DNA from: Octopus vulgaris
Lineage: Eukaryota
NCBI GenBank assembly: GCA_951406725.2
Contig: OX597831.1
Span: 2,542,001 to 2,606,000, forward strand
Direction of reading: 5' to 3'
Length of the DNA: 64,000 bases
Under the pieces are notes generated by a model. The model was not told the origin of the DNA and did not search any database. It saw only the letters and a program-made list of their open reading frames with translations. The position numbers were made by a program, and so were the translations under genes. Every line of letters starts with the position of its first letter. The first letter of the stretch is position 1. Positions 37,284 through 51,767 of this stretch are shown piece by piece.

Positions 37284-38079
37284 TATTCATTAAGCTTTGA
37301 TGATATCCCTCTATGCTCTTCTTTTTTAATTACCTACTCAATATTCTTTCTAATCATACACATTCTTACACAGAACATACATATATCCCTTCACTCTTCC
37401 TTTAACGTCCTCACATTCAAATCATCTACACATAACCTCAACTCAATACCTTAAACATACAATACTTTCATGAACAACCTGCTATTGAGCTTCAAGATAC
37501 CAAGTTCCCTACAAATGGCACTCACACACAATCACTACCCATTTGAGAGAATTAATATTGGACTACATACACCTTCTCTACACATGTGCAACATGCTGGC
37601 TAAATTTCTCAAAGTCTTACAATCTCTCACTATCTTCTGTGGCAACACCACAAATAGCATTTATAAAACGGCTGTGCAAAAGACTAGGTCTCCTTTTCAG
37701 GATAAGAAAAATACTTCAGTTGTCGGCAGTCTCCAAAGTTCAGAGTCAATCACTTATCTGAATGTGTGGTGTACATACAAATATTCCATCAAAAGCCACT
37801 CAACAGGTCCTTCATTTTGAGAATTGTAGGATGCCCTTCCTAATGCCAACCACTGCATGAGCACCAACTACACTCACGGAGTGGTTGGCGTTAGGAAGGG
37901 CATCCAGCTGTAGAAACACTGCCAGATAAGACTGGAGCCTGGTGCAGCCTTCTGGCTTCCCAGATCCCCGGTCGAACCGTCCAACCCATGCTAGCATGGA
38001 GAACGGACGTTAAACGATGATGATGATTCCTTTTCTCTTTGTATTTCGCTTATAAATATCAATATGCAGAAGATATTTT

Positions 38080-38478
38080 AAGGCGGCGAGCTGGCAGAAT
38101 CGTTAGCACACCGGGTGAAATGCTTAGCAGTATTTCATCTGCCGTTACGTTCTGAGTTCAAATTCTGCCGAGGTCGACTTTGCCTTTCATCCTTTCGGGG
38201 TCGATTAAATAAGTACCAGTTACGCACTGGGGTCGATATAATCGACTTAATCCGTTTCTCTGTCCTTGTTTGTCCTCTCTATGCTTAGCCCCATGTGGAT
38301 AGTAAAGAAATAGGTATTTTGTCTGCCTTTACATTCTGAGTTCAAGTTCTGCCGACATCCACTTTACTTTTCATCCTTCCGGGGCCAATAAAATAAGTAT
38401 CAGTGGAGCACTGAGGTCGATGTCAACGACTTAATCCCTCTTCTGTAATTTCTGGCCTTATGCCAAAATTTGAAACTG
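38080..38478 (+). mobile_element. tRNA-headed SINE family B (dimeric)
   Basis: aggcggcgagcTGGCAGAATCG...GAGTTCAAATT head, body gtcgactttgcctttcatcctttcggggtcga; preceded by family C element 37860-38026. Confidence 0.85.
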
Positions 38479-39129
38479 ATATGCAGAAGATATCAAACTG
38501 AACATCTAATGCCATGATATCCACTGTCTGTGGGATCATACCACAGCTCTAATGACACTTACAGTGTGTATGTGTGGGAGTTTTACCACTCCCACACATT
38601 TTCTGTTTTACCACAGGTTTAGTGGTAATCCAAGAGGATTTCCACTAAATCTGTACCTTGACCAAAAGGACCTTGCAGTATTTTGTTCTCTGGGCCACCT
38701 TCCTTATGTGGACTAGCATCGTGGGGTTAACTGAGTGTGGTGGGTGCTATAACTACTGCTGAAGTCGTATATAAGCCGTGACATACGGCATATCTTAAAT
38801 CTGGTGGTGTCCATTGCTCTTGAGGTCTGATCATGGCTGATTTCTTCCAGAGAGGAAGAAGAACAGACCCAGTACTTCAATGGTACTTACTTTATCGACC
38901 CTGAAAGGAGTGAAAGGAAAGGCAAAGATGATCTTAACGGGATTCGAAATTTGAATGCTCTTAGTCGGACCGAATACCACCACAAAGCATTCTGAATAAA
39001 GATCGATAAAATAGTACCAAAAAGTGTACTGGGTTCCCTATAATCGACCAAACCCTTAGAAGAAAGTGATGCTCAAGCATGACCGTATCACCCAAACCAG
39101 TCATATATATAATATATATATATATATAT

Positions 39130-39168
<39 letters not shown>

Positions 39169-39293
39169 CCCTGGAGTATTGATTATTTCATTTAGTTTTT
39201 GAATAACATTTCTTCCATTGAACAAGCACGTCTCTTATATCAATCTCTCTTGCTCTGTCCACGCACACATACATACAAGTATATATGCATGAT

Positions 39294-39381
<88 letters not shown>

Positions 39382-40588
39382 ACACGCACATACAGAGAGA
39401 GGAGAGAGAGAACGTAAAAGATAGCTAAAATATGATATAGGATAGACTGACATTTATCAATTGTCAATGAGATGAAGGCCGTTTTTTTTTCCTTGTGATT
39501 TATTTTTTTCATTTTATTGTTTCGTGTTAAGCCATATATTTTGCGAGCATACTTGAATAGTTCTGAATGATATATATATGGTGAGCACAATTCGGTCTTC
39601 TGTCAACTCTGTCGACATGTTAACGTGCCTGGAAACTTTTTTTTTCTTCTTCTTCTTCATTTTCCTTTTTTCTCTTTGCCATCTAATTTTCTATCCGTGA
39701 ATCAATATTTCTGCGAGTCAGTTCTTCACGTATTGTCAACAATCTCTTGAAAAAAGAAATTTTAAAATTCCTTTCGTTTGCGCCGCCACTTCTGAGGTGA
39801 CTTCGTTCACCATTCGTCATTTTCCCTTTCAAGGTTTAATTTCACTCTATTCTCTCTCGCCCCATACTCTGATATTTATTACTTGTACTCAGAGCTGAGT
39901 TTCCACCTTAACACCAAGTTTTCAATCTACCGTCCTTGTTTTATTACATTTCATTTATCTTTATTTTATTTTCGAAACATTAACTTTAATGCAATTCAAT
40001 CTCTCCACTTTCTCCATCCGCAATCTCTCTCTCTATCTCTCTCTTTCTCCTCTGTCAACCTTTATCTCGTTATTTCTATTCTCAATACTAACAACACTGT
40101 CTCTAGCAATTTTATTTTTATGCCTTTCTTCTTCTCTTGTCTCTATAACCAACTCTTTCATTCAAAATTTCTCATTGTATACGTATAATGCACTCCTTGT
40201 TCTGCTATCAAAAACTCCCCTCTCTCTCTCTCTCTTCTGATTAACACTTTAATTCCATACCCCCTCTTTCTCTTCCTCCCATTATTTCCTTCCTTTCTTC
40301 AATGTCAACGTATAATGGAAATAAACTGGTTAAATGGACTGATTGACGTTACACAGAATTTACTCCTCAATAATCGCATCTTCTGTCTGCTCTGCTCTGC
40401 TCATTTTTTCTTTTTTTTTGTAGTTTCTTCTATTGTTTATTGTCGTCCTCTTTCTATAGACTACTCGTTTCGTCAGGAAGACACGAGACTGATCCCTTGA
40501 GGTACTCCCTTTCTTGTCTGTCTTTTTAATTTCCTCTCTCTGACTGCTGCGTGTAATCATAATACTCCTTCACACTATCACCAGCCAC

Positions 40589-43500
40589 TTGGTAATTTCG
40601 AGTCAACAGGAGAGGCTTCTTCGTGGTCGCTCGGCCTGCTAGAAACAGCATCTGAATCTCCTTCAAATCTCTCTCTGTCTTAGAAGATACATTGAATAAT
40701 GTGGTCTTGGTAATTTCGAGTCAACAGGAGAGCTTCTTCGTGGTCGCTCGGCCTGCTAGAAACAGCATCTGAATCTCCTTCAAATCTCTCTCTGTCTTAG
40801 AAGATACATTGAATAATGTGGTCTTGGTAATTTCGAGTCAACAGGAGAGCTTCTTCGTGGTCGCTCGGCCTGCTAGAAACAGCATCTGAATCTCCTTCAA
40901 ATCTCTCTCTGTCTTAGAAGATACATTGAATAATGTGGTCTTGGTAATTTCGAGTCAACAGGAGAGCTTCTTCGTGGTCGCTCGGCCTGCTAGAAACAGC
41001 ATCTGAATCTCCTTCAAATCTCTCTCTGTCTTAGAAGATACATTGAATAATGTGGTCTTGGTAATTTCGAGTCAACAGGAGAGCTTCTTCGTGGTCGCTC
41101 GGCCTGCTAGAAACAGCATCTAAATCTCCTTCAAATCTCTCTCTGTCTTAGAAGATACATTGAATAATGTGGTCTTGGTAATTTCGAGTCAAAGTCAACA
41201 GGAGAGCTTCTTCGTGGTCGCTCGGCCTGCTAGAAACAGCATCTGAATCTCCTTCAAATCTCTCTCTGTCTTAGAAGATACATTGAATAATGTGGTCTTG
41301 GTAATTTCGAGTCAACAGGAGAGGCTTCTTCGTGGTCGCTCGGCCTGCTAGAAACAGCATCTGAATCTCCTTCAAATCTCTCTCTGTCTTAGAAGATACA
41401 TTGAATAATGTGGTCTTAGTAATTTCGAGTCAACAGGAGAGCTTCTTCGTGGTCGCTCGGCCTGCTAGAAACAGCATCTAAATCTGCTTCAAATCTCTCT
41501 CTGTCTTAGAAGATACATTGAATAATGTGGTCTTGGTAATTTCGAGTCAACAGGAGAGGCTTCTTCGTGGTCGCTCGGCCTGCTAGAAACAGCATCTGAA
41601 TCTCCTTCAAATCTCTCTCTGTCTTAGAAGATACATTGAATAATGTGGTCTTGTAATTTCGAGTCAACAGGAGAGCTTCTTCGTGGTCGCTCGTCTGCTA
41701 GAAACAGCATCTAAATCTGCTTCAAATCTCTCTCTGTCTTAGAAGATACATTGAATAATGTGGTCTTGTAATTTCGAGTCAACAGGAGAGCTTCTTCGTG
41801 GTCGCTCGGCCTGCTAGAAACAGCATCTAAATCTGCTTCAAATCTCTCTCTGTCTTAGAAGATACATTGAATAATGTGGTCTTGTAATTTCGAGTCAACA
41901 GGAGAGCTTCTTCGTGGTCGCTCGGCCTGCTAGAAACAGCATCTAATCTCTTCAAATCTCTCTCTGTCTTAGAAGATACATTGAATAATGTGGTCTTGGT
42001 AATTTCGAGTCAACAGGAGAGGCTTCTTCGTGGTCGCTCGGCCTGCTAGAAACAGCATCTGAATCTCCTTCAAATCTCTCTCTGTCTTAGAAGATACATT
42101 GAATAATGTGGTCTTAGTAATTTCGAGTCAACAGGAGAGCTTCTTCGTGGTCGCTCGGCCTGCTAGAAACAGCATCTGAATCTCCTTCAAATCTCTCTCT
42201 GTCTTAGAAGATACATTGAATAATGTGGTCTTAGTAATTTCGAGTCAACAGGAGAGCTTCTTCGTGGTCGCTCGGCCTGCTAGAAACAGCATCTGAATCT
42301 CCTTCAAATCTCTCTCTGTCTTAGAAGATACATTGAATAATGTGGTCTTGGTAATTTCGAGTCAACAGGAGAGGCTTCTTCGTGGTCGCTCGGCCTGCTA
42401 GAAACAGCATCTGAATCTCCTTCAAATCTCTCTCTGTCTTAGAAGATACATTGAATAATGTGGTCTTGGTAATTTCGAGTCAACAGGAGAGCTTCTTCGT
42501 GGTCGCTCGGCCTGCTAGAAACAGCATCTAAATCTGCTTCAAATCTCTCTCTGTCTTAGAAGATACATTGAATAATGTGGTCTTAGTAATTTCGAGTCAA
42601 CAGGAGAGCTTCTTCGTGGTCGCTCGGCCTGCTAGAAACAGCATCTGAATCTCCTTCAAATCTCTCTCTGTCTTAGAAGATACATTGAATAATGTGGTCT
42701 TGGTAATTTCGAGTCAACAGGAGAGGCTTCTTCGTGGTCGCTCGGCCTGCTAGAAACAGCATCTGAATCTCCTTCAAATCTCTCTCTGTCTTAGAAGATA
42801 CATTGAATAATGTGGTCTTAGTAATTTCGAGTCAACAGGAGAGCTTCTTCGTGGTCGCTCGGCCTGCTAGAAACAGCATCTGAATCTCCTTCAAATCTCT
42901 CTCTGTCTTAGAAGATACATTGAATAATGTGGTCTTGGTAATTTCGAGTCAACAGGAGAGGCTTCTTCGTGGTCGCTCGGCCTGCTAGAAACAGCATCTG
43001 AATCTCCTTCAAATCTCTCTCTGTCTTAGAAGATACATTGAATAATGTGGTCTTGGTAATTTCGAGTCAACAGGAGAGCTTCTTCGTGGTCGCTCGGCCT
43101 GCTAGAAACAGCATCTGAATCTCCTTCAAATCTCTCTCTGTCTTAGAAGATACATTGAATAATGTGGTCTTAGTAATTTCGAGTCAACAGGAGAGCTTCT
43201 TCGTGGTCGCTCGGCCTGCTAGAAACAGCATCTGAATCTCCTTCAAATCTCTCTCTGTCTTAGAAGATACATTGAATAATGTGGTCTTGGTAATTTCGAG
43301 TCAACAGGAGAGCTTCTTCGTGGTCGCTCGGCCTGCTAGAAACAGCATCTGAATCTCCTTCAAATCTCTCTCTGTCTTAGAAGATACATTGAATAATGTG
43401 GTCTTGGTAATTTCGAGTCAACAGGAGAGGCTTCTTCGTGGTCGCTCGGCCTGCTAGAAACAGCATCTGAATCTCCTTCAAATCTCTCTCTGTCTTAGAA

Positions 43501-44463
43501 GATACATTGAATAATGTGGTCTTAGTAATTTCGAGTCAACAGGAGAGCTTCTTCGTGGTCGCTCGGCCTGCTAGAAACAGCATCTGAATCTCCTTCAAAT
43601 CTCTCTCTGTCTTAGAAGATACATTGAATAATGTGGTCTTGGTAATTTCGAGTCAACAGGAGAGCTTCTTCGTGGTCGCTCGGCCTGCTAGAAACAGCAT
43701 CTGAATCTCCTTCAAATCTCTCTCTGTCTTAGAAGATACATTGAATAATGTGGTCTTGGTAATTTCGAGTCAACAGGAGAGCTTCTTCGTGGTCGCTCGG
43801 CCTGCTAGAAACAGCATCTGAATCTCCTTCAAATCTCTCTCTGTCTTAGAAGATACATTGAATAATGTGGTCTTAGTAATTTCGAGTCAACAGGAGAGCT
43901 TCTTCGTGGTCGCTCGGCCTGCTAGAAACAGCATCTGAATCTCCTTCAAATCTCTCTCTGTCTTAGAAGATACATTGAATAATGTGGTCTTGGTAATTTC
44001 GAGTCAACAGGAGAGGCTTCTTCGTGGTCGCTCGGCCTGCTAGAAACAGCATCTGAATCTCCTTCAAATCTCTCTCTGTCTTAGAAGATACATTGAATAA
44101 TGTGGTCTTGGTAATTTCGAGTCAACAGGAGAGGCTTCTTCGTGGTCGCTCGGCCTGCTAGAAACAGCATCTGAATCTCCTTCAAATCTCTCTCTGTCTT
44201 AGAAGATACATTGAATAATGTGGTCTTGGTAATTTCGAGTCAACAGGAGAGGCTTCTTCGTGGTCGCTCGGCCTGCTAGAAACAGCATCTAAATCTGCTT
44301 CAAATCTCTCTCTGTCTTAGAAGATACATTGAATAATGTGGTCTTGGTAATTTCGAGTCAACAGGAGAGCTTCTTCGTGGTCGCTCGGCCTGCTAGAAAC
44401 AGCACCTGAATCTGCTTCAAATCTCTCTCTCTGTCTTAGAAGATACATTGAATAATGTGGTCT
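40589..44463. repeat. Homogeneous tandem array, 117-118 bp unit, ~33 copies
   Basis: Unit ttggtaatttcgagtcaacaggagag(g)cttcttcgtggtcgctcggcctgctagaaacagcatctgaatctccttcaaatctctctctgtcttagaagatacattgaataatgtggtc, head-to-tail without spacers. Confidence 0.98.
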
Positions 44464-44777
44464 TTGGTTCCCTGCATTTGGAAAAAGGCAGGATGGTCAT
44501 AACTAGAATGGTTTCATTTATAAGTTCTCTGCTTGATCATGAATGGTCTGTGACTAAAGAACAACTTACAAAGTTTTTTTATACTTCCTTCTTTCGAAAC
44601 CAATGAGAGAACCTTTACTCAGCTGCTCGACCTGTTTGAAAATAATAGCTAAAATCTCCTTGAAACAACACTCTAGAACTGTGGGATTCTCAGTCCTTTC
44701 AGCTTCGTGATACAAGTGAGATAATTGCCATACTTCACGTGGAATGGTTAAAAATAGATTTTAAGTTTAAAATTTAG

Positions 44778-45400
44778 GGATCTAGTTAAAATGATTCACA
44801 AAACCAGCCCCCTTTAATTTTGCTCAGATTGTTTTCAATTTTGGTGTATCGATGCAGTTCTGAATTTTGATTTCGCTCAACTAATTACTTTATCTTCTAA
44901 ATTAAAGAATCTGATGTTGTTTGGAATTAAAGTTGGGAAAATTTGGGTAATTTCAGCCAATCAAAGGACAGCGAGGCATTAACAGCTTGTTACCAAGACA
45001 ACCGCACATTGTGTTGCGTTTCACTTCACCCACCCGTTGTGTTGATTCTTCACACCATGAGATAAAAATTCATATTTATCAATTAGAATTTTATTGCAGA
45101 TATTTTTTGTTAATTGTCTAAATATTTTACATATTTTTCATATATATTTCGTGAAGTTTTTCTGTGTTTTTCTGTTTTTATTCACATTCAAGCCATTTAA
45201 TTGTATCACTTTGAAGGAGATTTTGAAAACAGAGGTGTAAATCATTTGCAGTAAATTATTTGCAAGAAAAGAGTGTTATCCCCAACAAAAAGAGGTGTAG
45301 TAAATCTAGGCACAACCTGAGTAAGAAAATAGTTCATGGGAATTTGTACTGCCAGTGCACTTGCAGTGGTGGCAATGAATGCCTGTCAGTTTAAACCCAG
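44778..45400 (+). mobile_element. Merlin-like DNA transposon left end with possible transposase N-terminal remnant
   Basis: Terminus GGATCTAG shared with 35139-35146 (reverse) and 17482 (variant). AVNYLQEKSVIPNKKRCSKSRHNL...YCQCTCSGGNECLSV (45242-45394) resembles the Cys/His N-terminus of Merlin/ISXO2 transposases. Confidence 0.45.
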
Positions 45401-45985
45401 GTCAGGCCAGAATGAGCCATTCTGTATTTTTATTGAAGATGTAGGACAACATTACTTAATGTGTCCTGGTTAGAACGCCTTTGGTGATGGTCCTGGTTAG
45501 AATGCCTTTGGTGATGGTCTTATAGCTAGACTGCTTTTGGTGATAGTTCTGTTCAATCATGACTGATAAGGAATGTGACAAACAATAAAGCATTGTGTTC
45601 CCATGTGTGTTGTCCTCTTCTCTATTCTTAGCTGCCTTCCTGGGTCGTCTGGCTGATAAAAATGCATGCCATATAGTGTGGCAAGAATGGAGATACATGT
45701 TGCTCAGCTGCCTCAACATTCTGCAAGTAAATTACTGTCAAAAGCGACCTTTTAGAGGGCTCAAGAAATTTCAGAAGTGGAATCATGTGATAGCTTGACA
45801 CTAATTGGCTGCTTAATAGACCGATCATGTGAAACTATTGTGGTTTAGTTGTGATGTCTGATTGGTTACCTTAAGATTCAGTTTTGAATCACCACTACAG
45901 TACTTTTAGCATTTACTTGTGAGTTTGCACAAGGCAAAAGCAAGAAATGACTGGTTTTGCTCTTGCCTAAAAAAATTACCACTTT

Positions 45986-46195
45986 AAGGTGGCGAGCTGG
46001 CAGAAACGTTAGCACGCCGGGTGAAATGCTTAGCGGTATTTCGTCTGCCATTACGTTCTGAGTTCAAATTCCACCGAGGTTGACTTTGCCTTTCATCCTT
46101 TCAGGGTCGATAAATTAAGTACCAGTTACGTACTGGGGTCGATGTAATCGACTTAATCCCTTTGTCTGTCTTTATTTGTCCCCTCTATGTAAAAA
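45986..46195 (+). mobile_element. SINE family B
   Basis: Consensus match; flanked by direct repeat aaaaaattaccactt (45971-45984 / ~46195-46209). Confidence 0.85.
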
Positions 46196-46514
46196 AAAAA
46201 TTACCACTTAGTTAAATAGATAAGGGCAATCTTATATTGGTAGAGAAGAAATATAGTAAGACACTAGCATTTAGAGTTTAAAAGTATTTTTAAAAAACGC
46301 ACCCATGATATGAAGGGGACACATAAAAGGAAAATAACTTGGTTTAATCCACCATATTTAATGAGTGTTAGTACCCCCCAACTGGGAAGATATTTCTAAA
46401 ACTTCCACCTGCAGGTAACTCAGCTCTACCTACACCTATAAACCACGTGGTTCCAGGTTTGATCTCACTGCGTGTTTACATAATTCTTTTTTTTATCACA
46501 TGGTTCAACTCCGT

Positions 46515-46703
46515 GTGGCACCTGTGCGGGTGGCACGTAAAAAGCACCCACTACACTCACGGAGTGGTTGGCGTTAGGAAGGGCATCCAGCCGTAGAAAC
46601 ACTGCCAGATCAGACTGGGCCTGGTGCAGCCTTCTGGCTTCACAGACCCCAGTTGAACCGTCCAACCCATGCTAGCATGGAAAGCGGACGCTAAATGATG
46701 ATG
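46515..46703 (+). mobile_element. Family C retroposon with (GAT)n tail
   Basis: ggtggcacgtaaaaagcacc...ggcgttaggaagggcatccagccgtagaaac...gctaaatgatgatg. Confidence 0.8.
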
Positions 46704-47951
46704 GTTCAGTGGTAGAAATACTGAAGAGATCAACTTGTTTGCAGATTACGATTACCTTTTAAACAGCATGCAATACAGATGCCTAATGTGCCACAAACCC
46801 CTTATTTTGCTTCAGAAAAAAGGATAGGGGGTGGGGGTGGGGGAAACTGAAATTATTGGAAAATGTTTTTCTTTTTTTCAATGAATGAATTACGATGACC
46901 TAATATGCCACAAAACACTTTTTTGTCCTGAAAACGGGGGCTGTCTCTTTCTATAAAATTTTGTTAAATTTTTACAAGTGCACCTTTATAAAAATTAGTG
47001 GTTACAAAGTCTGGACAGGAGAGAGAAAGAATGATACAAAATCCTTATTAAAACCATGTTAGTGTTTGTGTGTGTGTGAAACAAAGAATAATATTAAGAC
47101 AAAATATCTTTTACATATCTCTTGAAAATCACTAGTTTTCAAATGGTATCCAATGTTTTTGCTTTCCTTTAGCAATTTTTCTTGCTGAAATTTTAATCGG
47201 GTAAACTAATGTGTTTCAATTTTGTGTGGAGAGAGGGAGAGAGAGACACATACATCTTTCATGTAATATACTTTGTGTAGCTAAACTTCCAGGGGCATAG
47301 CAATTTCATGGGTCAAATGGAGCGGGTGAGTGATTTCATACATATATGTGTGTATGGGGGTGTGTATAGTAGAGGTAAGGACCGGAACCCTTCAAAGGGA
47401 TGTTTAGCATCCAAGTTCCTGAGGAAAAGCCTAATTTTTGATTTCAAAAGGATTATATTTTCCTCAAAGTTTCGATGGAAAAACTCAAATCTTTTTAATC
47501 TTGTGAATTTTCCGAAGTCCTTTTCCCCCACCCCATTGCTTTCTGCACATTTTTGTTTTCAGATTCATTTCCTCTGCGGGTATGAAGTAGAAAGATATCC
47601 AGTTTCCTCAAAGTTACAAGGGAAAAACATCGGATCTTGTGAATTTTTCAAAGCTTTCTCCCCACTCCCTCGGAAAAGATTACCCCCACAAATTTCTTTA
47701 TAATCATAATCTATACTGTTTGAAAAGTATTTATATAAAATTTCATTAAAAGAAACCCATTTTCCTAAAAGTTATGAGGGAAAAACATTGGATCTTATAA
47801 ATTTTCTGAAGGCCTCTTCCCACCTCCTTCCTCTCTGCACATTTTTATTTTCAGATTCCTTTTCTATACCTTTTTTTTTACACCCGTTGCACTATTTTGT
47901 TTTACAATTTCATTTCTGGGTAATAATGTCAACATTAATCTTATATTTTAT

Positions 47952-48820
47952 CTTTTACTTGTTTCAGTCATTAGACTGCGGCCATGCTGGGGCACCACCT
48001 TGAAGAATTTTTAGTTGAATTAATCACCCCCCCCCCCCGCAGTACATTTTTTAAAGACTGGTACTTATTTTATCATTCTCTTTTGCCAAAATGCTAAGTT
48101 ATGGAGGCGTTAACAAACCAGCACCAGTTGTTAAGTGGCGGTAGGAGACAAAACACACACACACACACACACATGTGTATATATGACGGGCTTCTTTCAG
48201 TTTCTGTCTACCAAATCCACTCACAAGGCTTTGGTTGACCAAAGACTATAGTAGAAGACACTTGCCCATGGTACCACGCAGTGGGATTGAACTTGAAACT
48301 GTTTGGCTGGAAAGCCAGCTTCTTACCACACAGCCATGCATAAGTATTTTATCTCACAGTTCAATCGTAGAAATAATGAAGCGAGCCACAAATTCAATAC
48401 TTTTTCAGGACAAAAATACTAACAGCGAAGTATTATTTTTATCTCCTACTACAAACCAATAAACTTCATTGTGTGTGTATGGAGAGAGAGAGCGAGGTGG
48501 TCACAGCTGAAATACCATTCAATCATAGGTCTACTTGATCAGAGCTGACCTGGGGTTAAACAACAACAACATGCATCTGACAAATATCCAAAATAACAAA
48601 AAATAGGTGTATTATATATATTCTTTTATTTGTTTCAGTCATTTGACTGCAGCTATGCTGGAGCACCACCTTTAGTCGAACAAATCGACCCCAGGATTTA
48701 TTCTTTGTAAGCTGAGTACTTATTCTATCAGTCTCTTTTGCTGAACTGATAAGTTACAGGGACGTAAACACACCAACATCGATTGTCAAGCAATGGTCAG
48801 GGGACAAACAGTGACACACA

Positions 48821-48860
<40 letters not shown>

Positions 48861-49021
48861 ACAGGCTTCTTTCAGTTTCCATCTATCAAATCCACATACA
48901 AGTCTTTGGTCTGCCCAAGGCTAAAGTAGAAGACACTTGCCCAATGTGCCACACAGTAGGACTGAACCCAGAACTACGTGGTTGGTAAGTAAGCTACTTA
49001 CCATTCAGTCACTCCTGCACC
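47952..49021 (-). mobile_element. Two family A SINEs (47952-48340, 48622-49021)
   Basis: Reverse family A consensus. Confidence 0.8.
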
Positions 49022-49023
49022 AA

Positions 49024-49244
49024 TATATAAGAAACAAGTTAAAAATAATGGTCATTACATATTTTCCCTTTACTGAGGCAAATTTGGCTTACAGCTGTTT
49101 CAAGTAGTAATTATAGGTACAATAGACCAATTGAGTAAACTTATCAATAATGTATCTATAATGATGACTGGAAACTGCTGTAAGCCAAATTTTCTCCAAT
49201 AACAAGATATGTAATGACCATTATTTTTGACTTATGTCTTATAT
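49024..49244. repeat. Imperfect palindromic element
   Basis: aaaaataatggtcattacatat / atatgtaatgaccattattttt and aaatttggcttacagc / gctgtaagccaaattt arms. Confidence 0.8.
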
Positions 49245-49836
49245 AGCACACTTTGTAGAAACCAGTCTGTTTGGAGCCCACCCACTGATTTACAATATAG
49301 AGTTGTGATGAACCATAAATTTGGACTCTAGCACAAGATCACCTGTAGTTCTTCATGAATCAAAGTAATGTTGTTACCTGGTGTGCCAACAGAGAGCTTA
49401 TGAAGTATTTTACTCGGATTGATAATCCCTCACTATACACAGACAGGCAGGAAGTAAATAGACACCTTTAATTTTCAAAATCTTTTATTTAATTGTTCGC
49501 AATTATATATATGTATGTATGTGTGTGTATATGTTTGTGTGTCAGTGTTTGTGCCCCAACATCACTTGACAACCGATGCTGGTGTGTTTACATCCCCGTA
49601 ACTTAGCAGTTCGGCAAAAGAGACTGATAGAATGAGTACTAGGCTTACAAAGAATAAGTCTTGGGGTTGATTTCTTTGACTAAAGGCAGTGCTCCAGCAT
49701 GGCCACAGTCAAATGACTGAAACAAGTAAAGAGTATATATGTATGTATACACATGCACACATATATACACACACACTCACGTATGTCACATGCACACATA
49801 CAATACTCCATAATAAACAAAGCTTATTATAGAGTA

Positions 49837-50225
49837 CTAGCAGTATCGCCTGGCGTTGCTCGGGTTTGTAAGGGAAATAACTATATAAGCATTTTTAGAG
49901 AGTTATAGCCAAAAAATAGCAAAAAAACGGAAAAAAATTATGGTAAATTTTTTTTTAAATCGTTGACTCATCGTAGACATTTTTAGAGAGTTACTTCCCT
50001 TATATAATAGCGAAAAAATGCATTAAAATGGAAAAAAATGATGGTAAATTTTTTTAAAATCATAGACTCATCGTAGACGCACGCTAATACCCAGAAGGGC
50101 TCAATATGAATCACAACTATAAGATACCCGGTTTTGGTTAAACTGCACCGCAAAATGTGGGAGTAGTTAGGAATCTAAATCGTAGGAGACAGACACTCAC
50201 ACAACTTCACTTTTATATATAAAGA
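49837..50225 (-). mobile_element. Non-autonomous Helitron
   Basis: Same subtype as 21061-21449; TC/CTAG ends at an AT site. Confidence 0.85.
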
Positions 50226-51380
50226 TATGATTTTCTCTGTGTTTATCATATTTATTGACTGTCAGTATATAGTATTCTGTTTATATTCTTAGATTCTGAT
50301 TGTATGACATGTAGATTTATCGAAATCAAAGATTTTGTTTTTTCAAAGCATCCCACGAATGTGACACAAGTTCTAACAAAATTCTGTGACAGTTGTGTAC
50401 AAAATCCTTTTCACATTCTTCTTTGTGTCAACTTGCTTCATAAATTTACAGCATTGTGTGACATTTCTCATTTCCCGTCAGTAGCATGAGTTATGCAGCG
50501 AATGATACAATTTCCATTAACTTCCTATGAGTGGTTCTATCTTGGAACCGATTTAAAAATCTTCACCGATGATTCTATTATAACATTATAATTGGTCTTT
50601 TCAATGACGTTTCTCGGATTTTTTTTGCTATTTTCTTTTATTGGAGTAAGTTGCTAATTCCCATCAGATGTTTAATTCAGCCAACTTCCTCATTTTCAGG
50701 TATTTCACAGCATTCTATCTCCTTACCATTATTAAGGGTTCTTTCCTCTGTATTATCATTTGCCAATTTTTCTCTTTATTCTCTCTTTCTTCTTTCTCTG
50801 GAAATTTTCTCACTTTTAAATAAACATTTTTATCTTTAGTTTATTTGCTTATATATATATATATATATATATATGTGTATGTATGTATGTATTTTTTAAT
50901 TCTACACATATTCCCAAAACTCATTGGCCACAACAATGGCTTGTCAACTTGCTTTCATTTCAGCCACATTCATTTCAGCTGATCTTTTCTTAAATTTCTG
51001 TACAAAGCCTTAATTTCAGCTTTAAACCTTGCGATCTAGTCAAGTGTCTTTTATTATGTCAGAACCGCGAACCAATAGAACTTTTAAAGCTGTAGCCACA
51101 AATTAAATTGTCATGATGGAATTCAATAAAACCATTATGAGCAAGTGACATCCTACTGAGCCTTTATCGAGTTCTTCTTTCTTCTAAGGCAAATTCATGC
51201 TTGCCAAATTCTCAATCTCAGCTACATGCTTCTCAACCTTGACTCTTCATCCTTGCAGATAAATACCAAATTTTTGTTATGTTGGTCTTGTTAAAATTCT
51301 CCTCAGTCCTTCTAAGCTATCTGTTTTCAATATAGAAAATAATTGTAAACAAGTAAGATAATATATATATATACATATAA

Positions 51381-51767
51381 AGTAGCTTGCTTACCAACCA
51401 CATGGTTCTGGGTTCAGTCCCACTGCGTGGCACCTTGGCAAGTGTCTTCTACTATAGCCTTGGGCCGACCAAAGCCTTGTGAGTGGATTTGGTAGACGGA
51501 AACTGAAAGAAGCCTGTCGTATATATGTATATATATATGTGTGTGTGTGTTTGTGTGTGTCTGTGTTTGTTCCCCCAACATCGCTTGACAACCGATGGTG
51601 GTGTGTTTACGTCCTCGTAACTTAGCGGTTCGACAAAAGAGCCAATAGATTAAGTACTAGGCTTACAAAGAATAAGTCCTGGGGTCGATTTGTTCGACTA
51701 ATGGCAGTGCTCCAGCATGGCCACAGTCACATGACTGAAACAAGTAAAAGAGTAAAAGAGTAAAGAG
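51381..51767 (+). mobile_element. SINE family A
   Basis: Consensus match, (gtaaaaga)n tail. Confidence 0.85.

Noticed and set aside
40589-44463. CRISPR array or repetitive coding exon
   Set aside because: Units are contiguous with no unique spacers, no cas genes, eukaryotic context; unit length varies 116-118 bp and no long ORF is reported.
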